A stretch of 64,000 bases of DNA from Octopus vulgaris (lineage: Eukaryota). The notes below the pieces were generated by a model. That model was given only the letters and a program-made list of their open reading frames with translations. It ran no database searches and was not told where the DNA came from. The stretch lies in NCBI GenBank assembly GCA_951406725.2, contig OX597823.1, positions 39,246,001-39,310,000 of the forward strand, written 5' to 3'. Shown here piece by piece: positions 39,445 through 53,909 of this stretch (the first letter of the stretch is position 1; the number at the start of each line of letters is the position of its first letter). The position numbers were made by a program, and so were the translations under genes.

Positions 39445-40307
39445 GTATGTTATGAAGTACTCCTATAACTCTGTAAGAGGTTGAGGACTCAAGGCAGAAT
39501 TTCTTTTAATACTTTGGTCATATGATAAGAGTTGACATTATTTGAAATTTCCCAGTGACACACTTGTTTGATATAATTAGTGTTAATGGTTATGAAGAAC
39601 GTAGTTAATATTGTTAAAGAATGAAAGTGTGAATAACTCATTTAATAATTAGTAACTTCCTGGTGTTCGTTTTCTGAATGAACAGATCTGTGTGTGAGTG
39701 TGTGCATGTATATGAATGTGAGCTTATGTATTAGTGTGTGTTTGCTTATGTATTAGTGCATGAATGAGTTTATGTATGTCACTTTTTTTTTTTTTTAATG
39801 TTAAGCTGTCGCTCCTCTGTTCATACATCTAAAACATTTGTTGTACAAATGTTGAAATAAACAGAATCTTGTAATACAATGACAATGGTATTCCCAGAAA
39901 TTCTGGCATCTAATTAAATAATTTTATTTAATTTCATGTCCACATAGCTTGTTGATAGTAATATAGGTATGATGAATAATTCAGTTATGAAAAGAGCAAT
40001 GTCCTCTGATAAAAGGAAAATAAAAAGCTGTGAGGTCTTAACATTATGAAGAATGAGATTAGTCCTTTCAGGTTAAGTTATGCCATTATATTTTAGGAAC
40101 TGAGGCAGAAGGGAGACTGGTAGAACGAAATTTCACCAATGTATGGCCACAAAACAGTTAAAGTTATCTAATACTCTATTTTTCCACAACCCAAGGTGCC
40201 TTGTGTTGCATCTAATTTTAACCTTTTGTTATATTTTATTATTATTAAAAATCTGATTCCATGGAACCAAATATTTCCTTCAAGTCTTCCCATTAACTGT
40301 CACTGAA

Positions 40308-40530
40308 GGAGCTTCTATGTGGTCATTCATTCTGTTAGATATAACAGCATAATCACCCTCAAAACTACATCATACTGTATTTTAAAAAGAAAGTGGGGGT
40401 ACATTGGATAATGTAGTTTAAAGTAAATTATTCCAAGTAAAAACAAATGTGATAGACATGGACTGACTTGGTCACAGTTGACCATCAACCACAACTGATC
40501 TCAAATAGAGTTGACTGATTGGTGCTGAAA
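40308..40530 (+). mobile_element. Old SINE family E (representative copy)
   Basis: Motif CTGCTAGAAATAGCAGCCAAATC...CATTGGATAATGTAG...GGGCTAAACAACAAC recurs in diverged form near 10510, 11090, 14525, 25500, 33670/34375, 53240, 55630, 58140. Confidence 0.6.
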
Positions 40531-40826
40531 CTGATCACAGCTGACCTTGAAAATGGCTAATAATAATAATAATATTAATCTTTTCTACTAAAGGCACAAG
40601 GTTTGAAATTTTGCTGGTACTTAAGTTAGTGACTCTGAAACGATAATAAAAATAATAGTAATTCTATGTAATTTTTGGCAAATTTGTGAGGAGGGTGTAC
40701 AGTGATTATACTGACCCCATGTTTGCAGTTGAAAATTTTGTCTAGCTAGGCCTGTCATGGTACCCTTAAAGCCAAGAACTTTTCAGCATATATATATATA
40801 TATATATATAAAAATCTATGTATGTA

Positions 40827-41053
40827 CAGTAATCCCTCAGCTATTGTGGTTGTTATGTGCCAAATCCCCACAGCGATAGGTGAAAATCCGCAAAGTAGAA
40901 ACAGTACTGTAAAGTATATTTTTATTTTTTTTAATTTTTATAATTTGTATATATTTATTTTATTATAAATGCAAAACAACACTGCAGAGGAATTGACATA
41001 AGCTTAAATAATAAACCGCGATAGGTGAACTGCGATATGGTGGGGGATTACTG
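40827..41053. mobile_element. Tigger/pogo-like MITE
   Basis: TA|CAGTAATCCC ... GGGATTACTG|TA; internal repeat GCGATAGGTGAA twice. Confidence 0.85.
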
Positions 41054-42082
41054 TATGGGTTTTTTTTTTGTGTCTGTGTTTGTTCCCACTCAGCATGGCC
41101 ACAGTCCAATGACAGAAACAAGTAGAAATTAAACCGTAAAGCCAAAAGATATTTTCCCCTTCCTCGCCCCCAAACAACAGATATGGTTTTTTTTTTTTTC
41201 CCTGTTCATACACACACACATGCAAACTACCAACAACATAGCAGTTAGACTGCAACGAGAGAACAAGGGCTCTCATTGATTCCTCAATCCAAACAGGTTA
41301 CTAAATACAAAACCTTTCTTTGACACTAGGCTGTTGACATGACGGTGTGGGGTGGGGGTGGGGGGAATTTGTTATTAAAATAAAACCAGAACCAACATCA
41401 TCATGAATTGTTTCTTTTATTAGCTCTTGACATTTTTAAAGACTAGAACTTTGAAAACAATGGAAATTGTCAAGTTCTTATTGTTATGTGAGATCTCAGA
41501 TCTGCTTATCCTAGAACTCTCAATCCTTTTTGTTAACCTCAAAAGTTAGAGAGGGCAAAAGATCTTATAAAGGTTACTAAAGTTCTCCTTTTTTCTTTCA
41601 CACACACACACACAAAGGATAATAGAGGAGATATGTCAGTTTCTCAATTTGTGAATCAGGAATTTTGTATTCTATCATAAATGACACAAAATATTTATAT
41701 TTCTGTAAATGGAACACCTCAATAATGTCTGCACAGGCTCTCTCTTGGTGTGCATGCATGCACACACACACACATATGTAAAGTGATGTACATAATCTTC
41801 CCTGCTACTCTCTCAGCCACCAGCCTGTCACATTTTACCCCCTCTCATCACTTTGCCATAAAGTCATCATGCTCTCTCTCTCTCTCTCTCTCTCGTGGGT
41901 TCAAAGGGATTTGTTGAGGCAGATGATCTTGTAATTTTTCCTGTTTTTACTTTCTAAATATATAATTGCTTTAAATGAATCTCTAAATACCTTTAAAGTT
42001 TTAGACATTTCTTATACTACGAGCACTTATCTGAAATCCAAGTATACTTTATTCTCATTGAATATATTTGATTAACTATATA

Positions 42083-42960
42083 TGATGATTGCCACTTCTT
42101 TACAGAAGAAGGCCAGCTCTTCAATTAATAAATACTGTCATGAGATCTTATATGACTAGCAAGTCCTGATCGTGACAAACAAACTCTACTGCAGATCTTA
42201 CAAATATTTTTGAAGCAGAAAAGTGTCCGGGATTGTAGTTAAATCCTGTCTATGAAGTGCTCGTTTCAAGATAGATTGTTCAATTCTTTGAGCTTCAAAT
42301 GCTTTACATCTATCGTAGATCATAACCGATCTGAGATCTTCATAGAAAGCCATAATAGATTCACTGCTACTATCAAGAGTAGGAGCACAAACAGACACAA
42401 CAGTCATAAAATGATTGCATGATAGAGGAGCTTGAAGATACATAATCCTATCACTGGAACCATTAGGTTGTTCTAGTTTGTGGGTTAACTTGGTACAAAT
42501 GGCAAAGCCAACACCCTCTATTCGTTTTTCATCCTTTGGTTTACCCTTCCAAAAGAAAGTGTTTCCAGCACCTGTTTCTGTCAATTGATCTTCATCACTC
42601 AACCGAGTTTCAGAGAGTGCAGCAATGTCAACGTTATACCGAGTCAACTCCTTGGCTATTATGCCAATTCACTGCTCAGGGTTACTCAACCCTTCATAAT
42701 CAAGAAGTGTCCTGACATTCCATACATCTACTCATAATCTATAATTCTTGCTTGCATTTTTTCCCTTTGTATTCCTCTTGCTGTAGTGAACAGCCATCAG
42801 CAGCAGGTTGATGACCAGCTTGATGGTAGAACAGGCATTTGTTTGGGTCACCTTTTCTAGACATTTCCCAGATTCCTGGGTGAGCAGTGCTACCCCAGAG
42901 AGGGCTGCTCAGACACTGTCGACCTCACCGAAGCATGTTGCTGTTCTTTCAACAATGCAG
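42083..42960 (-). mobile_element. RTE-clade LINE with the RT region deleted (5' UTR + APE N-terminus fused to C-terminal C2H2 finger + tail)
   Basis: WNVRTLLD, DIAALSETRL, FFWKG, GVGFAI, VSVCAPT, FYEDL (APE); junction near 42320 to FEAQRI..KR and CKICSRVCLSRSGLASHIRSH. Confidence 0.88.
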
Positions 42961-42990
42961 AGACATTAGATGGGCCCTTTATACATATTT

Positions 42991-43045
42991 TAACAAAACT
43001 GTCTGACGAACGGGAACGTGAAACTCTGAGTAACAGCTTTTGTTA
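42991..43045 (+). ncRNA. Intact type I hammerhead ribozyme
   Basis: TAACAAAACTGT-CTGACGA-ACG ggaa CGT-GAAAC-TCTGA-GT-A-ACAGcTTTTGTTA: 12-bp helix I with one bulge, full core, GUA site at 43032. Confidence 0.85.
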
Positions 43046-43230
43046 TATTTCTGCTGCTTTTAAATAAAGTATATATATATACACACACATATATAATCAT
43101 ATATATACAAATATATATGTATAAATACATATATATACATATATATATATACATATAGATACACATACATATATACACATATAGATACACATACATATAT
43201 ACACGTATACATATATATAAACATATACAT

Positions 43231-43264
<34 letters not shown>

Positions 43265-43311
43265 ATCTCTCTCTCTGTATATATATACATAAAGATATAT
43301 ATATATACATA

Positions 43312-43349
<38 letters not shown>

Positions 43350-43443
43350 GATCTCTCTCTCTGTATATATATACATAAAGATATATATATATACATAAAG
43401 AAAGACTTAATCAATACATAAATTATATATATATAGTATATAT

Positions 43444-43492
<49 letters not shown>

Positions 43493-43555
43493 CTATATAC
43501 GTACATGTGTACATATACATCTATATATACATATATAAACATATATGCAAACATC

Positions 43556-43607
<52 letters not shown>

Positions 43608-43743
43608 AGCACACTTGTAGAGTAAATTGAGTGTATAATTACAAATTCAGACTCAATTTAGTTACCCTTTGTTTCATATTTCATGTCCATATTAATATTA
43701 TTAAATAATAATGATAATGATAATAATAATAATGATAATGATG

Positions 43744-43777
<34 letters not shown>

Positions 43778-44108
43778 TAACAATAATAATGATAATCATT
43801 GTTATTATTAAGGCAGTGGGTTGGCGGAATTGGTAGCATGCTGGATAAAATGTTTAGTGGTATAGTGCCAGTCACTACGTTCTGAGTTCAAATTCCATTG
43901 AGGTCGACTTTGCCTTTCATCCTTTCAGGGTCAATAAAATAAATTCCAGTTGCATACAGGAGTCAGTGAAATTGACTCATCTCCACCTCCCTCAAGCTAC
44001 CCTTGTGGAAAAATTTGAAATTATTATTATTACTACTACAACTACTACTATGATGTTAGATATCATCATCATCATCATCTTCATTATCATTATTGGTTTG
44101 AAACATTC

Positions 44109-44193
<85 letters not shown>

Positions 44194-44389
44194 ATTTACT
44201 GTTTTATTTTCCCACTGTTTTAAAGAATAAGGATGATAACTTTATAAATGAACCCATCCCACCATGCTTTCTACACTCTTTTTCTTTACCTCCCACCCCC
44301 ACCCCTACCACCCCAGTTTCACAAACTCTTTAAAGCATCTCATCTCTCCCTCTTCTCCTCATCAACCCTGTACAGTTTTAACAAAGGGG

Positions 44390-44438
<49 letters not shown>

Positions 44439-45174
44439 TATGTGCATGCATGCATGTATGTATATATATATATATAAATATTTGACACAACAAGCAGTTC
44501 TCTGTTTCATCACATATACACACAAGTCACAGTGATAGGCTGACTTCTGATGAGAACATAACAACCTCAAATCACACTGGGGAAACAACAACAACAGCAA
44601 TAACAATAATAATAATCATAATAGCAACAATAACAACCACTTCATCAAGAGCAATGTATCAGTGAGATTTAGATTGAAGTTGGGTTCTCACTGCTTGTCA
44701 AGGACCATACAGCATCTTGTTATCTTGTAGATATAGCATCTTCAAGAAGTTGATTACATACATACGCATATATATCTTTTATCGTTTGCTTGAATTAGTC
44801 ATTAGACTGTAGCTATGTTAGGGGCACTACCTTGAAGAACATGTACTTAAATGAATCGACCCCAGTACTTTTTTTTATTCTATCTTATCTGGTGCTTATT
44901 CTATTGATCTCTTTTGCTGAACTGCTAAGTTATGGGGATGTAGATAAACTAACACTAGTTGTAAATCAGATGTGAAAGACAAAAACAGACACAAAGGTAC
45001 ACAGACATACACATATTAAATGATGGGCTTCATTCAGTTTCTGCCCAAATCCACTGACAAGACTTTGGTTGGCCTGAGGCTATAGAAGACATTTGCCCAA
45101 GGTGCCACACAGTGAGACTGAACCTGGAACCATGTGGTTGGGAAGCAAACTTCTCGCCACACAGCTACACCTAT

Positions 45175-45586
45175 ATATACATATATATATGTGTGTATAT
45201 ATATATATATATATACATGTGTGTATATATATACATATACATGTGTGTATATATATACATATACATGTGTATATATATATACATATACATGTGTATATAT
45301 ATATACATGTGTATATATATATACATGTGTATATATATACATATACATGTGTATATATATATATACATATACATGTGTATATATATATACATATACATGT
45401 GTATATATATATACACATATACATGTGTATATACACATATACATGTGTATATATATATACATATACATGTGTATATATATATACATATACATGTGTATAT
45501 ATATATACATATACATGTGTATATATATATACATATACATGTATATATATATATACATATACATGTATATATATATATACATATAC

Positions 45587-45624
<38 letters not shown>

Positions 45625-45649
45625 CATATATATATATATATACATATAC

Positions 45650-45686
<37 letters not shown>

Positions 45687-45687
45687 C

Positions 45688-45723
<36 letters not shown>

Positions 45724-46180
45724 TATATAGAAGGAGCTTCTACAGGACTAGAACTGTTTCATTCAAGAGAAATCTTCAGGAAGCTAGTTAACAAGAATTG
45801 TATTGGCATTTATACATTTAGGCAGGTTTAAAGGGGTGGTGGTGGGGGACTTTTTGGGGGTAGGCATAGCGCAAAATATCATACTTGGGGAGTGGTCAAG
45901 AAGTCAGTGGTAAATTAGATAAAAGAATAAATAAAAGAATAAAAAAATATATAAAAGAATAGAGTTTTAGGTAAATAAGGAGATTCTCACTTATACCTAT
46001 ACACATATGTATACATATACACACACACACATATACATACACACATACATACACACACACATATATATATATATACATACACATACACATACATACATAT
46101 ATCTACACACATACACATACATACATATATCTACACACATACATATATATATATATACATACACATACATACATATATCT

Positions 46181-46246
<66 letters not shown>

Positions 46247-46397
46247 ATGCATACACATATACACACACACATGTATATATACACCCACGACCACACATAC
46301 ATATACACACATAAAAATATATACATACACACACATACACATACACGCATACACACACATGTGGTTATCCCCGAATCAACCCGGGACCTACATATAC

Positions 46398-46466
<69 letters not shown>

Positions 46467-46500
46467 CATGTGTATATATATATATATATATATATACATA

Positions 46501-46540
<40 letters not shown>

Positions 46541-46895
46541 CATGTGTATATATATATATATACATATACATGTGTATATATATATATATATTTATATACA
46601 TATACATGTATATATATATACATATACATGTATATATATATTTATATACATGTGTATATATGTATATATACATATACACGTGTATATATATAGATACATA
46701 TACATATGTATATATATATACATATACATGTGTATATATATATATACATATACATGTGTATATATATATATACATATACATGTGTAGATATATATACATA
46801 TACATGTATATATATATATATACATGTGTATATATACATATACATGTGTGTATATATATATATATACATATACATGTGTGTATATATATATACAT

Positions 46896-46959
<64 letters not shown>

Positions 46960-47005
46960 GTATATATATATATATATATATACATATACATGTGTGTGTA
47001 TATAT
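45175..47005. repeat. (TA)nCATATACATGTG minisatellite arrays interrupted by 45725-45995
   Basis: Directly visible; source of the long YI/CV ORFs. Confidence 0.9.
45735..45785 (-). ncRNA. Type I hammerhead ribozyme, core intact
   Basis: Minus: AGCTTC-CTGAAGA-tTTC tctt GAAt-GAAAC-AG ttctagtc CT-GT-A-GAAGCT: 6-bp helix I, 4-bp helix III, GUA site at 45741; U.U at the base of helix II. Confidence 0.8.
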
Positions 47006-47113
47006 AATCATCTCTCTAGTATAGAGCCTAAATTTTAGCTTTACCAAACTAACCAATGAAATTACTTGTTTGTTTTGTTTTTGGTTATGATAGGCTCTTG
47101 TCTCACCAAAATG

Positions 47114-47230
47114 CAGGGTAGGTCAAAAGTCATGCACAAAATAAGTTCAATGCACTCTGGAATTGTCAAAGACATGCTTCAATTTTTTTTAAAACTGAAT
47201 AAAATAAATAGAATGATGATGAGAACACAA

Positions 47231-47282
<52 letters not shown>

Positions 47283-47378
47283 TGATGATGATAATAATAA
47301 TGATAATAATAATAATAATAATGATGTAATATAAATAAAATGTCAACTGTTTAGGTGTGTGACTTTTGGCCCACCCTG
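47114..47378. mobile_element. Tc1/mariner-like MITE containing (AAT)n
   Basis: TIR CAGGGTAGGTCAAAAGTCA / TGACTTTTGGCCCACCCTG|TA. Confidence 0.75.
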
Positions 47379-49954
47379 TATATTCTTTCCCCATGCCACA
47401 CCATATAATCAGCCTTGCAGTAGGCCATATTTGTTTTTACTGTTTACAGTTTCATTCTAGCTACGCATTTCCACATCTTTATCACGTTTAAAGTAAAATC
47501 CAAAGCTATTTTTTATTGCAATCTACTTATTTTAAATAATTCATGGGGTCTCAATGAAAAATTGCAAGAATAAAAAATGCAAAAAAAAATATATTTATTC
47601 GTTCTTAATATATTCTGGATTTTCACTGATCTGCATGCACCCCAAAGCTTATGTGTTAGGAAGACATCACTCATCAACAAATGATTTGTTTGTTGATTCT
47701 ATAAACAAGATCTTGTGTTCTTGTTAGATTCATCAGTTTGTTGGAGTGGCTTTGATTGAGGAGACACTAAATAAGGTTGAAATGCCACAGTCCCATTATG
47801 TCAATGAATCACATGTGTTATGAATATCCATCATCTAAATAAAGATGTTCTCTGATGATGAAAAACAAGTGATCAGATACTTATGATCAAATCTCTTTGA
47901 ATGTATGAAGAACAAACAGATATTTTATTAATTTTATTTAGAAATTATTTTTTTCATTGACATTTTGTTTTAATATTTAGATATATAAAGAAAAACTAAG
48001 AACAATCAACAAGAATAAAATAAAACAAAACTGTAACACCTCCCCGCCATCACCTTCTCCTGAACAGATTCTATATTTATTTTAGACCCCATTCCAACAT
48101 CAATGGTATGGAATTGTAGATTAATTATAATAATTGACCAAGAATTAATACCGAAAATATGTTTCAGCGTTAATGTTTATTGACATCTAATACTATCAAA
48201 ACACTTGCAATTAAAAATAAACTTTCTTAACTACTAACCAGAGTCATAAAAGTCTCCTTGTTGCCGTTATTGTTGTGATAGTAGCTTTTAAGATTGTCTT
48301 CTAATGGAGTAAGGTGCCAATTTGAAAAGATGAGAAGAAGTCACAGGTCACATTACCCAGATTGAAAGGTTTACTACAGGGAATGTTGAGAAAACTAAGA
48401 AAATTACAGAACATGTGATCTCTGAAGAATAAGAGAGATTCTTCCAAAAGAAATGGAAGCTAAAGAAAACATTTCAAAGTGAAGAATATAAAAAAAAAGT
48501 TCTCTACCAAATTCTCCAATTCAAAACTCTCAGAGAAATCTAAAACCAGCTGGGAAAACTAAGGAAAACTAGTCAGCATTTAGGAATGTCTTTTGGGTTG
48601 TTGTTGAGGTGGAATGTCAAATTGAAAAGGTTTTGTGGAGAAAGATGGGGTTGATACCAATTTCTCACTTGATGTTAAAAAAAAAGGTTGGAATTACAAA
48701 GGGTATTCTATTAAAAACAAAACCCGTAAGTTTAGAGAATTCTTCAATTTATAGGTATCATTGATAATATCATATATTCTGTTATTCCATTATTCTTTTA
48801 CTTGCTTTTGACTTCAATCATTGGATTGCAGCTATGCTGAGTCACTACCTTGAAAGGTTCCACATAATTTCCATCTACCAAATACACTCACAAGGTATTG
48901 GTTGGCATTGCCCAAAATGATTTGCACTGGGACTGAACACAAAACCATATGATTGCAAAGTGAGTTTCTTAACCACATAGCCATGCAAAATCCCAGAGAA
49001 TGTCTTTACCAAATTGTATTGGACAAGATCCACCTGCCCTAACTGGTACCTTTAACTTTGAGTAACATCACAAACAGCAATAATATAAATTGTTCTATTC
49101 TCAATGATATTTCAAATGACATTGTTATAACCCTTTAAATTGGTGCCCTAGCATGCCCGCAGTCCAATGACTGAAGCAAGGGAAAAGAGAAATAAAAGAA
49201 TTAAGGAAAATCTCTGAGATTTAGATGAAACTGTTTGGTCATTGCCCATAAGTAGTTCACATTAAAATAGAAAAAGAATAAATGAGAAAAAAAAATTCAA
49301 CAAAATGGAAATGAAAATATTCACACTAAAACAGAAATTGTTTGTCAGAAAATCCATTCATTCAGAATGTATTATTAATAGTTAATGCCCAGCTAAGTTT
49401 AAGAAATTTCTCTAGCTTTTAATCGCTCATCATTCTCCTATCTAACTTGCAATACTAACATGCTTACATGTGGTGCTAACATGTATTTTGAGCTAAAATA
49501 ACTTATGTGACTTATAATTCTTTAATTTTTCAATAACTTTTCAAATCATCATGATGGCAATGGCCATTGCTGGTTCGTGATGCATCTGTCCATTCCACCT
49601 CCCCCACCACCACCACCAATACCAGAAATCTCTTCTCTTATACCAGAGACGCTGACAAGGCTCCACCTCACATCTGTACCAGAAGACTTGCATACCCCCG
49701 TCCCTCCAACCTCTTTCTGTCTATACATAATAGACTAACCAATAGCAGCTCATTTACTTAAACATTGACCTATTATATTTACAGCAGAAATGCTTATATT
49801 TACAACACTCATAACACTTATATTTGCAATGCTTACATTGCACCCCACCCCCAACAGAGGCAACTATTTTTAACATGCTTGAATGATGGTAGGCTAAAGC
49901 AAGAACAACTGATATGACATGTCTGTTATCAAATGATCACAGAAACCAATTTTT

Positions 49955-50450
49955 CAGGTGCTGGATAACATCACTCTTTTCCTTGTTCCCTCCCATGTCC
50001 CTTTCCCAGTTTCCAGAGTTGGCATTATCAATGTAGGCACCTTGAAAGGTAGGTCTAACGAGATCTTCATGGAGGGCTTAATGAAGGCAAAGTGACTGAG
50101 TTTCTTTCGAGCATTGGGCCTCACGGAAGCAATGACCGAGACCTTTGGCATTATGTCATGCTTGAGAAGACTCATCAAGCTAAGCAAAATCACAGCTGTG
50201 ACAGATACCAGTTTTATGCAAATGGCACCCATGCTGGTGGCACATAAAAGCACCCCAGTGTAATGCAAATGGCACTCGTGCCAGTGGCATGTAAAAGCAC
50301 CCATTACATTGACATTAGGAAGGGCATCCAGCCATAGAAAACCATGCCAAATCAGATTTGAGTCTGGTGCTGCCTTCCAGCATACCAGTCATGTCAAACC
50401 GTCCAACCCATGCCAGCAAGGACAATGGATGTTAAATGATGATGATTATG
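49955..50450 (+). mobile_element. Second internally deleted RTE element
   Basis: RVGIINVGTLKGRSNEI (first APE motif) followed within about 40 nt by RALGLTEAMT / DRDLWHYVMLEKT (ORF end), 3' UTR and (GAT)n tail. Confidence 0.7.
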
Positions 50451-50820
50451 ATAAACCAGTGCTGCATATGAAATAGGAATGGTATTCAAGTGTTTTAATC
50501 CTTTAAAGAACGAAATACAATTTAGTAAACATAAGAATCCATTCAAAATTTTGTTAACGAGTAATTAGAGTGCTACGGTATGTATAGTCTTGGTATTGTT
50601 GCTGGTGATTACAAGAAGGAAAATATTGTATTCAGAATATTATTAAAAAATATTTTCAAAGTTTTGTTTAGAAATTTACAGCCATTGAGTAAATTCTAGA
50701 TGTAAGCCGCAGATACATTTTGAAATGTAGTTAGTTGTACATACAGACATCGGTAAAAAAAAAAAAGGCAGTTGAATAGTGTAAAAAGAATATAATAATA
50801 ATAATAGTTGAAGAGTGTAA

Positions 50821-50851
<31 letters not shown>

Positions 50852-50980
50852 TAGTAAATATATAAATAATAAAACAACACACTTGTTTTAACACATTAAA
50901 ATTTGGCAAACAATATTGATGTCATATTTAAGAAATAGTCTATTTTTATTTGAATGCATATTGTTATGTGTGTGTGTGTA

Positions 50981-51027
<47 letters not shown>

Positions 51028-51623
51028 AATATACACGTTTGCTCATACATATGCATGCATACATATACACTGATATATATGTAAGGATACATAAGTTAAG
51101 GTTTTACATATACACACGTGCACACATGTGCACACGCACGTGCACACATGTGCACACGCATGCACACACACATACATGTATGTGCATATTTAAAAGTCAA
51201 TGACAAAAAAGGCAGTTTATTATCATATTTATCACATTTACTATTGAAATTTGAGAAAATAAAATAAGTTCTATGCTTGATGTGAGGAGAGGTCAGTTCT
51301 GATGTTTCCAGCAAGGCCCCAATTGTCTGGGAACAATATGTGTGTTTATAATAAAAGAACTTATAATATGGTGTGTGATGTGTGTGTTTAGTATAGTGGG
51401 ACCCAGCAGGTTCCATTCTAAGTCTTGCAATTTTCTAATCTGAAGAGAGAGAAAGGGATGAAGATCTACCAGGTTATTGTCATGACATATTTAAAGGAAA
51501 TCAAATGCTTTCTATGATGACTCAAGTGACCCATTAAAGGTGATGGGGCATTGACATGTTTATTATGCTATTATGGGTGTGTGTATATCATTATAATCAT
51601 TTAATGTCCACTTTCCATGCTGG

Positions 51624-51673
<50 letters not shown>

Positions 51674-52159
51674 CATCATCCACAGCATTTAACATCCGTT
51701 TTCCATGCTGGCATGGGTTGACAGGAACTGGCAGTGCCAGGGGCCACATCAGGTTCCATAGTCTGTTTTGGTATGGTTTCTACAGCTGGATGCCCTTCCC
51801 AATGCCAAGCACTTTACAGAATGTGGTGGGTGCTTTCCATATGGTACCATCCTCACTAATAATTTTTTTATGTGGTACCAACACCAGTGCTTTTCATGTG
51901 GCAATATAAATCTATATCTGTCCATATTTATATGTGTGTGTGTGTGTGTAAATATATATATATACATACACAGGTATGACTATGTGGTTTAGAAGTTCGC
52001 TTTCAAACCCCTTTGTTTCACACTCAGTTTCATCTGGCTGGAATCTTCTACTATGGTCTTGTGGTGACCAAAGCATTGTGTGTGGATTAGGTAAATAGAA
52101 ACTGGCATGGAAGTGAAAGGGTGAAACACATTCAGGTTCTAATATAGTTACTTGCCAAG

Positions 52160-52600
52160 GAGGCGAGCTGGCAGAAACATTAGCATGCCAGGTGAAATGC
52201 TTAGTGGTATTTTGAAGGTGGCGAGCTGGCAGAATTGTTAGCACGCCGGGCGAAATGCGTAGCCGTATTTCGTCTGCTGTTGCGTTCTGAGTTCAAATTC
52301 CGCTGAGGTCAACTTTGCCTTTCATCCTTTCGGGGTCGATTAAATAAGTACCAGTTACACACTGGGGTCGATGTAATCGACTTAATACCTATGTCTGTCC
52401 TTGTTTGTCCACTCTATGTTTAGCCCCTTGTGGGTAATAAATAAATAGGTATTTTGTCTCTGTCTTTACAATCTGAGTTCAAATTCCGGCAAGGTCAACT
52501 TTGCCTTTCATCCTTTCGGGGTCGATAATTTAAGTACCAGTTGTGTACTGGGGTCGATCTAATCGACTGGCCCCCTCCCCCCAAATTTCGGGCCTTGTGC
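52160..52600 (+). mobile_element. SINE family A cluster (partial head, full copy 52217-52449, second body)
   Basis: tRNA A/B boxes and GCCTTTCATCCTTTCGGGGTCGATAAA-AAGTACCAG, which resembles the Meta/MESC central SINE domain (from memory); further copies near 2778, 21170, 22240, 43811, 57540, 63643. Confidence 0.9.
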
Positions 52601-53909
52601 TACCACAATTCTTATAATAATTTTTAGCACATACAATAAACACTAACTAGAACAGCTAGAGAAAGTAGTGCAGATATATTAACAGTTTTATTACCAACTT
52701 GCATGAGATTGCTTACTGCTTCTAAGACACAAACTTCTTATTTTATTGCAATCTAAATTTTATGTTAATTTACGTTTCAAACATCAGTTTATGATGGAGT
52801 TATTTTATTAAATTCTCTATCGTCATTTTCAAAATCAACTGAAACAAAGGGAGTGTATTTCAACAGAAATGTGACATTAAAAGGGTTAAATGTTTACAAA
52901 CAACTTCTTTAGCTAAAAACAAACTACTTTTAATATGACATGTGGCTGATGACAAGTATGAAAGAGGTCATATGTTATATCTTACTTGTTATGATAAATA
53001 CTAGCTGCTAAGACAGGATTTTAAGATAAGCTAACAAGTGCTAACACGGACAAGAAATGTTATTTAAATTAGAAACGTTATTAGTAGTACAAAGTTAATA
53101 ACTATACAAATTAATGAGCAAAAGATAAAGTTTCTGTGTTGTCAAAGATTAATGTATTTCAGTTGTTGGTGAGCCTCATCTCAGGTTCAATTGAGAGGAC
53201 CTGAAGACCTATTACCAAAAGCTTATGGATCCAAGTGCTTGATCACAGACCTTGAGCAACCCATATTTTTTTTGAGCTTTTTCAAAGTCTATCTAGGAAC
53301 ACATTATCTAATGTAATTTTCACTGACTTCAGGAAGGTATAATTTAATGCTATTTGATTGCTATTTCTAGCAAGTTAAGCTGACTGTATAGAACAAAGAT
53401 CAACAATTTCTTTGTGTAGTGTCCCACATGTATAAATATATGTACCTTACATATACCCTCACTCTGGTTCCATCAAGGGCAATGCTTATGTAAATAAAAA
53501 TTAATACTAAATGCAAAAAATTATCTTAAGAGCCAACAAATACATTAGACCTGAAACCCACAGAAAACATCCAGTGTCCCACCTATTACTGTCCCACAAG
53601 GTTTTAAGTCAGTTAAGCAGAATCTGTCCTCCATGAGTTCTGTGTCACACATCTTCTCTACAATCCAGTCCAGCTGGCTGTACCATATAGAGACTTGGTT
53701 AACATCCATAAATGGGAACACAATATAGATGACAGGTATCTTATTAACATAACACTGAGTTCAAACCTCTTGATCAGCAGAGAGAAGGTCATCAGAGAAC
53801 CATTCCTGTGGAATCACTACATGCAAAAGACCAAATGGGCCAATATGACTTTACACCATTTCATTAAACTGCTGAATACAATTAATTATTCTGTTAATTA
53901 ACTGATTAT

